Shown: piece by piece, positions 51,321 to 58,764 of the stretch
Layout of the letters: each line of letters opens with the position of its first letter
Position numbering within the stretch: the first letter of the stretch is position 1
DNA from: Candidatus Obscuribacteraceae bacterium
GTDB taxonomy: Bacteria > Cyanobacteriota > Vampirovibrionia > Obscuribacterales > Obscuribacteraceae
NCBI GenBank assembly: GCA_044226015.1
Contig: JBGAHS010000004.1
Location: 416,001-480,000, forward strand
Reading direction: 5' to 3'
Length of the DNA stretch: 64,000 nucleotides
Made by a program: the position numbers and the translations under genes
The notes under the pieces: model-generated
What the model was told of the DNA's origin: nothing
The model's input: only the letters and a program-made list of their open reading frames with translations
Databases searched by the model: none

Positions 51321-52445
51321 CTAACCGATAGCTGTTCGATTGTACTGTCTTAGCCTATTTTGTTCTTCAATGCTGGGGGGATTTCTTTTGGTCGTATCAG
51401 CATTTGGATCAATAGTGTTTCCACTTTGATCAACTTGAGGTTGCTTGTTTCGATCATCACCTTTAGCTTGTTCGGTGCCTGGTAAGCTGCCGTTTTGGCT
51501 GCCGGATTCCTTTCCAGTTTCATTGGTATTCTGACGTTTTCCGGGCTCGTCAGCGGTTTGTTGTTTTCCTGGTTTATCAGTGGGCTGACGTTTTCCAGGT
51601 TCATCAGTGTTTTGTCCCTTAGGTCCGCTATCGTTAGGATTTTGACCGTTTGGATTATCTACTTTTGGAGATTTTCCAGGCTCTGTGTTTGGTGCGTCAG
51701 GTGGTTTTCTTCCATCTGGTGTTTTGTTTCCATCTGGTGACTTTTCTGGCTCGTCTTCATTGCCATTTTCGTTAGGCCTGCCACCTTTTTTGGGAGCTTT
51801 CCGCCGTCCACCGCCTTTTCTGCGGCCGCCTTTGCGTCCCCCCTTACGGCCGCCTCTCTTTCCACCTTTTCCTCTACCTTTGCGTCCGCGTGATTTTCTG
51901 CGACGGCGTCTGCCACCTTTTCCAGGTCGGGCTGGCTTTTCCTTTTTCTCTTTCTTTTCGCGCTTTTCGATTTCTTCCTTAAGCTTCTTTATCTCAGCAT
52001 TAAGTTTATCGATTTCCGCTTTGATTTCCTCTGGACTCTTTTCCTTTGGTTTGTCAGTCGGTTTATTTTTGTCGACGTCTTTTGCATCTTTGTTTTCTAA
52101 TTTGTCTTTCTTCGGATCAACCGGGTCAGCATTTGCTGTGCGTTCTTTGTTTTTTTGATCTGCAACTTCTTTTGCTGCTCTGTCTCGGGCAGCTGGATCT
52201 CCGCTTGCGTTTGCTTGTTCAGCAAGTCCTTTATTATCTGCTTTATTGTCTTTTTTGCCGCTATCAAAAAGTTCCAGCGATGCTAGTGTAGGTGTGGCGC
52301 TGTTTTGACGGTCAACAGAGAAGCGTCCTGTGCCGTCGCGAAAGTTGTTCACTTCGGCTTGTGCACCACTTTCGCCACCATTATTTTTTCCAGCCTGACG
52401 ATCGCCTGCGTCTCTGAACGCAGACCTGTGCCGTTCCGATTCCAT
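51321..52445 (-). CDS. disordered protein with coiled coil and Arg/Lys/Gly-rich basic tract
   Basis: Likely start ATG 52445 after GGGAGG; EEIKAEIDKLNAEIKKLKEEIEK coiled coil; KGGRRRRRKSRGRKGRGKGGKRGGRKGGRKGGRRK; xxDEPGK repeats. Confidence 0.75.
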   Translation of the reverse strand: MESERHRSAFRDAGDRQAGKNNGGESGAQAEVNNFRDGTGRFSVDRQNSATPTLASLELFDSGKKDNKADNKGLAEQANASGDPAARDRAAKEVADQKNKERTANADPVDPKKDKLENKDAKDVDKNKPTDKPKEKSPEEIKAEIDKLNAEIKKLKEEIEKREKKEKKEKPARPGKGGRRRRRKSRGRKGRGKGGKRGGRKGGRKGGRRKGGGRRKAPKKGGRPNENGNEDEPEKSPDGNKTPDGRKPPDAPNTEPGKSPKVDNPNGQNPNDSGPKGQNTDEPGKRQPTDKPGKQQTADEPGKRQNTNETGKESGSQNGSLPGTEQAKGDDRNKQPQVDQSGNTIDPNADTTKRNPPSIEEQNRLRQYNRTAIG

Positions 52446-52713
52446 TTGTCCTGCCCTCCCATGCAGCACGAAATGCTTGCTTCTCGAAGCAAGAGAGTCT
52501 GCTGCATTTCAACCAAAGACGCATCCCAAAAGCGCTTGGGGTGCTCTACTGAGCATATGATTACTAAAAGAGAATGCGTCCTACCAAAAACATCCTATGA
52601 TGATCTACGTAATTTTACTAATTAAATATTGGCACCAGAATTGAATCGCTTGAATCTGTAAATCTGCTTGCTGCAATGCGTACACGTTTTCGTGTATGGT
52701 AAATTTTTTTGTG

Positions 52714-52807
52714 TCACGGATTCGTTTTTTGCAGCTTTTATAGATCTAGTTTTTGCAACTTTTCTGGTTGGTTTTGCAGCTTTTACGGGTTGGTTTTTGC
52801 AGCTTTA
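52714..52807. repeat. four degenerate 21-24-bp tandem repeats spanning the TPR gene stop
   Basis: Core TTTTGCAGCTTT (one copy TTTTGCAACTTT) recurs at about 52727, 52751, 52772 and 52795. Confidence 0.8.
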
Positions 52808-53547
52808 TTCCTTTCGATCATCTTCTTGATTCTGGCAATGTAATCAGTGCAATCCTTTTGGTCTTTTGGATCCTTTGAATGGGGAAGAGATCGAGTGAAC
52901 ATCTGAAGTGCTGCGTCGAGATCTTTTTTCACGAAAGAACACTCTGCAGAATTGAATTCTGCTTTGAATTCGTCTGGGCGCAAGCGCAGACTTTCGTTAT
53001 AGCTTCTTAGCGCATCATCTAATTGATTGGCGTCTTTCTGCGAATTTCCCATGTTATACCAGGCTGAAGCAAACGAGGGTTCTAGCTCAAGTGACTTCTT
53101 AAATTGTTCGATTGCTTCTACAAATTTTGCTTTCTTGTGCAATGCAATTCCTTTATTGAAATAGAATGTTGCATCATAGGGATAGAGTTGAATGGCTTCG
53201 TCATAACATTGAAGAGCCATCGTATAGTTGCCTTTTTTTGCGTAGATAACGCCATCTTCAGATGCGTCAACCGCTTGTTTCCAATTACTGTAGTCACCCT
53301 TGTTTGGGAAATCTCCGTTGGAGTCAGCTAATGATGATGTGTTAAAAACGAGCATGATGAGAGTAGCTCGCAAAAAAATCGACGAAATCTCTTTATATGA
53401 AGAGCCTTCATTCAGCTGCTTCCACTGATGAAATGCGTGTTGGCACATGTGAATAAATTTGGAATTGGATCTTGTAGGCAACTTGTGTGTGTGTCTTTGC
53501 TGATGGTTCAAGTGATTGCTCGTGTTCAAGTGATTGCTCGTGTTCAA
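52783..53547 (-). CDS. TPR protein; true start probably downstream of 53547
   Basis: Four TPRs (YDEAIQLYP, FKKSLELEP, AWYNMG, YNESLRLRP); the ORF-track N-terminus lies in a tandem repeat. Confidence 0.8.
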   Translation of the reverse strand: MNTSNHLNTSNHLNHQQRHTHKLPTRSNSKFIHMCQHAFHQWKQLNEGSSYKEISSIFLRATLIMLVFNTSSLADSNGDFPNKGDYSNWKQAVDASEDGVIYAKKGNYTMALQCYDEAIQLYPYDATFYFNKGIALHKKAKFVEAIEQFKKSLELEPSFASAWYNMGNSQKDANQLDDALRSYNESLRLRPDEFKAEFNSAECSFVKKDLDAALQMFTRSLPHSKDPKDQKDCTDYIARIKKMIERNKAAKTNP

Positions 53548-53601
53548 GTGATTGCTGATGGTTCAAATATTTGCTGATGGTTCACGTGTTTGCTCTTGTT
53601 C
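53496..53601. repeat. about six copies of an 18-19-bp degenerate tandem repeat
   Basis: Units TTTGCTGATGGTTCAAGTG, ATTGCTCGTGTTCAAGTG x2, ATTGCTGATGGTTCAAATA, TTTGCTGATGGTTCACGTG, TTTGCTCTTGTTC. Confidence 0.9.
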
Positions 53602-53803
53602 TATTGAGTGTCTTAAGAGACACGTCAGCGGATGTAGGAGATGTGTTCGTGTCGTGCGAGAAGCCTGTGTCGTGCAAATAAAACAAGCATAGTTTCGAAA
53701 GCAATTTTCCCTCTGAGAGGACAAATGTTTCGCTGCCTTGATGTCAAGGGTTCTTTTGGGTAAGTATTGGGTAGAAGCAGAATAGTGAAGTTGGAGACAG
53801 ACG

Positions 53804-54049
53804 GTGAAAACAGAACTTTCGGAGTCGATTGCCGGAGTGCAAAAGTCTTTTCAGGAAAAAAATACAGTTCTGAAAACCATTGTCTTCGGAATTTATAATA
53901 TCGCGGCGTTTCTCTGGGTGATGATGCTGTTGTCTGTTTATTTTCTTGTGGCTAATCAACGCGATCGAATTGCTGCTCTGAGGCAAGTCATCAAAGAAAA
54001 GGACTTGGCTTACCAATTTATTGATAATAGTGGAAACGGAGCCGGATAA
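53804..54049 (+). CDS. small single-TM hypothetical protein
   Basis: GGAG RBS before GTG; one hydrophobic helix. Confidence 0.55.
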   Translation: MKTELSESIAGVQKSFQEKNTVLKTIVFGIYNIAAFLWVMMLLSVYFLVANQRDRIAALRQVIKEKDLAYQFIDNSGNGAG

Positions 54050-54153
54050 TCTGGGGATCCGATTAGAGTTCAGGGGGGTAACTTGTGGATTGCGTCTATC
54101 TTTCCGCTTGAGGAATCCACTCTTTGGCGTTAAATGTGATGAGGTGAGGTCTT

Positions 54154-54513
54154 ATGAATCTCATTAAGAGAGGGTTAGTCGCTGGACTACTGGTATTGTC
54201 TTGTGTTGCAGGTATTGAAGTCCTTACTTCTCCTTCAATGCTGCCTGCAGATTCCGGCGCTTCAGTGCTGGCTGCAGATTGCGGTCCTTCAATGCTAGCT
54301 GCAGGTTGCGGTTCTTCAATGGGCGCAGATTCCGGTCCTTTAATGCTAGCCGCAGATTCCGATGTCGTAGCGTTCAATACATCGAATGGAAAGTACCACG
54401 ATAAATCTTGTAAGTGGGCGATTAAATGCACTGCCCATTGTGTTGACATTACTCGTGCAGAGGCTCATCGTAGGGGAGGCATCCCTTGTAAGGTTTGCAA
54501 TGGCGGCGAGTGA
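54154..54513 (+). CDS. small secreted protein with 9-aa repeats and Ada-like metal-binding C-terminus
   Basis: RBS GAGG; signal peptide; five PSMLAADxG-like repeats; NTSNGKYHDKSC...EA...GGIPCKVC. Confidence 0.75.
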   Translation: MNLIKRGLVAGLLVLSCVAGIEVLTSPSMLPADSGASVLAADCGPSMLAAGCGSSMGADSGPLMLAADSDVVAFNTSNGKYHDKSCKWAIKCTAHCVDITRAEAHRRGGIPCKVCNGGE

Positions 54514-54576
54514 CGGCGAATGAAGGCGAGGTCACTCGGGCTCTGATTTGGCTGGGTTCGTTAGTGACTCAGCTAT

Positions 54577-55935
54577 TTAGCGTTTCCTTTTGCGTGGTGC
54601 TTGAAGAAAGGCATCATCAGTAACCAGGTCTAAGTCCGCGCCGCCATTTCTTTCGATTCCAGCAACTTTGCCGGTGTCTCCGGCATATTGCCAAAACTGA
54701 GCTTTCTTCCACGGTGCAGGGACGTTCATTTCTGGCACTTTCCAATTCGCTAACCAGAGTTCGTATTTCTTAAGGGAACTGTTATCTGTTCCTAGATTTT
54801 CTCGCGCAAATCGAGGATTCATATATAGTGCAATTCTCGTATCCGGACCAAGCATCTTCTTCACACCATCACAGAATTCGTTGATGATTTTTACTCTTTC
54901 CGCGGAGGTGTACTCATGACCATCGGGAGCTGTCTTCCACATTGGCTTGGTTTCATCCTCCTCTACATCCATGACGACTGGCAGTCTGTTATCGGTTTTG
55001 CCAACAGTTTTTGCAAATAGCTCTATTTGAGCTTGCATTGATGCATCAGGTCGAAAGAAATGATAATAGCCCAGCTTGACACCATTGGCGGTGGCATTTT
55101 CTCTGTTCTGTTCGAATTTGGGATCTACAATTGTGGTGCCATCTCTTTTTGACCCTGTTGCCTTCAAGAAAGCAAATTCAACGCCACTTGCTGCTACCTG
55201 CTTCCAATCGATATCGTTGTCCCAGCGGGAGACGTCGATTCCTCTTGTCTTATTCAAAGTCTTTTCGACTCTATCTGTTATTTCTTTATTTGACCAACGC
55301 TCGGGCTGATCTCCGATCTTGTAAGCACCGTCGTGTCCCAGGTCACGATGAGAAATACGCCTGGCTTCCATATGGATTTGTTCGTAGGTCCAAGGAATTT
55401 TGCCGAGCTTGTTTTCTGCATTCATTCGTATCAGAACCTGTTCAGGTCCTTCGCCTTGTTGCAGTTGATCAAGCTTAAAGTTCTTGCTGTTGAAGAGGTG
55501 ATTGAAATAAACCTTCTCTGCTGCTTTTCTTTCTTCAGGTGTTCTTGGAGCCGTGTCACCACTTGGATTGTCTTCAATTTTTACTGGTTTCACATCTTTA
55601 TTTGCCGGAGCGGCGGCACCATCTTTAGCTGTTGTGGCAGTGGCTTCTGGTTTTGAAGCATCCTTTTTCTCAGTGTTAGGTTCGACTTTGGTTTGCTCAG
55701 GTTTGCTTTCTGCCTTTGGAGAATTTAATTGTTTCCCTTCAACTATTGATGGCTTTATTTCAGGGATAGCTTGAGCTTCTATTTTGCTTGGATTTGGTGA
55801 CTTGCTAGGATTGGCGCTATCAACAACAGTGCTAGTTGTTTTGCGCACGGAAAATTCTTGCGAAAGTGCATCTGAAGCTTTTTGCTCTTCACTCTTGTTT
55901 TTTCCATCTTGCTTTTCGATTGATATGTCTGCCAT
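54577..55935 (-). CDS. GH25 lysozyme/muramidase with long disordered N-terminus
   Basis: GIDVSRW, IDW, FAFLKAT, GYYHFF, PVVMDVE (DxE), LWLANW, FWQY, DLD. Confidence 0.9.
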   Translation of the reverse strand: MADISIEKQDGKNKSEEQKASDALSQEFSVRKTTSTVVDSANPSKSPNPSKIEAQAIPEIKPSIVEGKQLNSPKAESKPEQTKVEPNTEKKDASKPEATATTAKDGAAAPANKDVKPVKIEDNPSGDTAPRTPEERKAAEKVYFNHLFNSKNFKLDQLQQGEGPEQVLIRMNAENKLGKIPWTYEQIHMEARRISHRDLGHDGAYKIGDQPERWSNKEITDRVEKTLNKTRGIDVSRWDNDIDWKQVAASGVEFAFLKATGSKRDGTTIVDPKFEQNRENATANGVKLGYYHFFRPDASMQAQIELFAKTVGKTDNRLPVVMDVEEDETKPMWKTAPDGHEYTSAERVKIINEFCDGVKKMLGPDTRIALYMNPRFARENLGTDNSSLKKYELWLANWKVPEMNVPAPWKKAQFWQYAGDTGKVAGIERNGGADLDLVTDDAFLQAPRKRKR

Positions 55936-56358
55936 TGTTTTTTTCCATTAATTCGTTGAACAAGAGTAAACAGGTTTCAAGTGAAAAGACTGTGAAACGG
56001 CCCGTAATCCATCTAGTGAAGGTCGTAAGTACTGTCGAATTGATGTGCTAAATGCGCTCAGGTTCTTATTTCTATTATTCCCAGTTATTTCTACTATAAG
56101 ACTACCTTTTCTATATCAAAGTTTTCGAAATACAGTCTTTTGCTGTGTAATTAAACAGCTGGTGATCACAAGTTTTTGTAGTTAGAAAATCACTGTGCGT
56201 TCTTGCAATTGTTCGTCAATTTTGAACTGTAGTCCGAATGATACTAATGCATGAATCACCAGTTGATTATTCACGCAATTTTTGCTCCTATTAGTCTATG
56301 TTAGCTGCATGTAATGTTTCAGAACTTCTCGTTTCAACGAGTATAAGGACACCCCGTA

Positions 56359-56781
56359 ATGTCAACAAGCACTGAAAAGAACGGAAATTTGGCGCGAGGA
56401 CCAAAGATGCGGTCCATCTCGCGGAACGCAGCTCTTCGTACCTCTGCGTACGAACGAGTAGAAGCTAACTCACTATCATCTAAACGTCGATCATATCAAG
56501 ATCGTCAACTTCGCTACCGGAGCTTAGGTGTTCGGGACGCTTCTAGCAAAAGGCGAAGCGGAAACTCTAGGGCATCATATACGGTGCCACAAGCTGCAGG
56601 GCATTTCGACATGCTCGGAAGGCTATTCAGTAAGATATTTTTGGCGCTCTCAAAGCCTGACACGCAGGACTATTATGACCAATATGATCCGATGCGAAAA
56701 ATACTCGCAAGCCAACAAAGTTGGAGATCAGACGGTGAATCTGATTACAAACCAAGTGGATACGTATCGGGGCATTTTTGA
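56359..56781 (+). CDS. hypothetical Arg/Ser-rich protein
   Basis: AAGGA RBS, 140-aa ORF after an AT-rich intergenic region; no recognisable domain. Confidence 0.5.
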   Translation: MSTSTEKNGNLARGPKMRSISRNAALRTSAYERVEANSLSSKRRSYQDRQLRYRSLGVRDASSKRRSGNSRASYTVPQAAGHFDMLGRLFSKIFLALSKPDTQDYYDQYDPMRKILASQQSWRSDGESDYKPSGYVSGHF

Positions 56782-56816
56782 GCGCGTTGAGTGCTGAATC
56801 CAGGCGCGAGGACATT

Positions 56817-58346
56817 TTAATGGAAGAAATGCATCAATTGCTCGTCACGATCAACCTTGTAGCGCCAACCTTCCATTAAGTCTTGGCCGATGCAGCATCC
56901 GGCAAAACCACCTATTCGGACACAGAACTCATCTTTCTTGATGGGACCCACTCTGATGGTGACATAATCCTTCACCATGCTGATGGAACCACCAACACCT
57001 GTGCCGCGCTCAAGCTCGCCATTTAGATCTAACCCGATTGCTTTTGCAGTCGGGTAATCTATTATGGTGGCAAATGAGCCGGTATCAATGAAGGCGCTGA
57101 TTTTGTGCCCGTTGATTTCAACCTCAATTATGTCTTTACTTGCGATGTGATGGCATGGTATGTCGTATAGAGGATCGAAGTTTGCTTCTTTTTTCAGTTT
57201 CTTATGAAGGTCGACTCTGCCTGCCTTATCATCTATAGAGTATTGATAGCCGTAAATGAAATCTTGTCCAATTAGATTTGTGGAAAAATCATTTCCGGCT
57301 GCTGCTATTCTGATTGGAAGTTTTCTTTGGAAATTCCCCAATTTAATTTCTGCATCTGTCTGAGTTATCGGTATGGATACACCAGCCCAACCACGAGCAT
57401 AACCAGCTGGTTGAGCATTGTTAATATCAACTCCTGCTTTCTTCAGTGGCTCATCGTAGAAAAAAGCACTCGCGCCCGTATCAAAAATCGCTTTTACTGG
57501 ATGCCCGTTTACCACTAGATCAACATTCATGTGTCCATGTTCGCCGCGTTTAAAGAAGAAACTAGCTGTTTCTGGCAGCGAGTCTGCATCCGAAGGTCTG
57601 CTCAATTCTTTGATGTCTAGTGTTAAATCTGCAACAGATTCCAACTTCTTATTAGCTGTATCAGATGCTCCCGGAGCCGGAACATCGATGCCTTTCTTTT
57701 GATAGGGTGCGGGGTTCGCGTCTGAACTCATGAAGTAATGAAGTATGGCATTTTGTTTCTTATCTGGAACTTTTGGCCAGGGGTTCGCAGGTGACGAGGA
57801 CTTTACTGCAGCAATTGCAGCATCGTCGAGAGGTTTGAATCCAGATGATTGAACGACCTTGATGTTCGTTAGAGTTCCATCCTTTTGAGCGATAAATCCT
57901 ATTGCCACTCTGTAGGGTGTTTTCAACTTTGGTGGATGCCAATTGTATTTTAGTTTTCGTAGCAGTTCTTTGTGGTAGGTGGACCAATCCTCATCAGCTT
58001 TGCTTTGTCTCATGCCGAGGTCCATTGTCTTGTATTGAGAGTTCAGCGCGTTAGTTAGATAGTCAATTTTTGCAATTAAAGTATCTTCCGGCTCGCCTTT
58101 TCTAGCAGCGATCTCAATTTCTTCCAGCTTGTCCAAATATGGACCTATTCCCATTCCTAAAGATTTTGCTGTAAGAAGCTTTTTGAAAATAGCTTGTCTC
58201 TTGTCTAAAGCAGGACCCGGCGCAAATTGATAGGTTGTTGGGTCTTGTTTTATTATCTGAACGGCTTTTGCTATTGGAATCGCGTTGAATAATAGGATTG
58301 CAAAAAATAGCGCTACCCAATTGAAGGTTTTCATTGAAACTCTCAT
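56817..58346 (-). CDS. secreted TonB-C-terminal domain plus tandem retropepsin-like aspartic protease
   Basis: Signal peptide; KDGTLTNIKVVQSSGFKPLDDAAIAAV (TonB_C); AIFDTGAS...LIGQD and AFIDTGS...CIGQD. Confidence 0.82.
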   Translation of the reverse strand: MRVSMKTFNWVALFFAILLFNAIPIAKAVQIIKQDPTTYQFAPGPALDKRQAIFKKLLTAKSLGMGIGPYLDKLEEIEIAARKGEPEDTLIAKIDYLTNALNSQYKTMDLGMRQSKADEDWSTYHKELLRKLKYNWHPPKLKTPYRVAIGFIAQKDGTLTNIKVVQSSGFKPLDDAAIAAVKSSSPANPWPKVPDKKQNAILHYFMSSDANPAPYQKKGIDVPAPGASDTANKKLESVADLTLDIKELSRPSDADSLPETASFFFKRGEHGHMNVDLVVNGHPVKAIFDTGASAFFYDEPLKKAGVDINNAQPAGYARGWAGVSIPITQTDAEIKLGNFQRKLPIRIAAAGNDFSTNLIGQDFIYGYQYSIDDKAGRVDLHKKLKKEANFDPLYDIPCHHIASKDIIEVEINGHKISAFIDTGSFATIIDYPTAKAIGLDLNGELERGTGVGGSISMVKDYVTIRVGPIKKDEFCVRIGGFAGCCIGQDLMEGWRYKVDRDEQLMHFFH

Positions 58347-58544
58347 TGTTTCTTTTCTGTTGTAGTAGTTATACTCGGATCCATTTTCAAAAATGGATCT
58401 CATCCCTAAGACCTAATTATAGTTCTTCGGGGTTGCATAGTTTGCTGGCTTGTCGATGAAGATAGAACACTGATGCTTCTCAAGTGGTCGCGTGTATCTG
58501 CTATATACGATGCCGACTCGCTCGTTGGTATTTTACCGAGGTCT

Positions 58545-58584
58545 GGTAGAAAAACTAAATCGTTAACGATTTAGTTTTTCTACC
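58545..58584. repeat. perfect 40-bp palindrome with no spacer
   Basis: GGTAGAAAAACTAAATCGTT|AACGATTTAGTTTTTCTACC; all 20 pairs checked. Confidence 0.97.
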
Positions 58585-58607
58585 TAAGGGTGGGAAAAGT
58601 GGGGCTT

Positions 58608-58674
58608 AAAAAAAAAAGTTTCGCAGGCAAACAGACACTGCCGAAAACCTGGCAGTGTCCGTTTGCCTGCGAAA
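58608..58674 (-). terminator. long hairpin plus U-tract downstream of the IS1595-like gene
   Basis: 24-bp stem (58619-58642 / 58651-58674) with one mismatch that is G-U on the minus strand, 8-nt loop, then a T10 run on the minus strand. Confidence 0.7.
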
Positions 58675-58764
58675 TCAAAAAAATATGCGGTAAGCCATTT
58701 CATCATGGCAGAAAAATGCCGAAAATAAAGTAAGACAGCCTGCCTGCTTCTAACGTGTTTTTTC

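Noticed and set aside
51685..52158. 157-aa Pro/Phe/Arg-rich plus-strand ORF
   Set aside because: Antisense shadow of the low-complexity minus-strand gene.
53496..53601. Possible CRISPR array
   Set aside because: Units are contiguous, 18-19 bp, have no spacers, and no cas genes are present.
54577..55935. Prophage lysis module
   Set aside because: No holin, spanin, structural or integrase genes in the window.
58619..58674. c-di-GMP-I riboswitch (GGCAAAC...GAAA)
   Set aside because: It is a simple long hairpin with no second stem, and it lies 3' of a gene.
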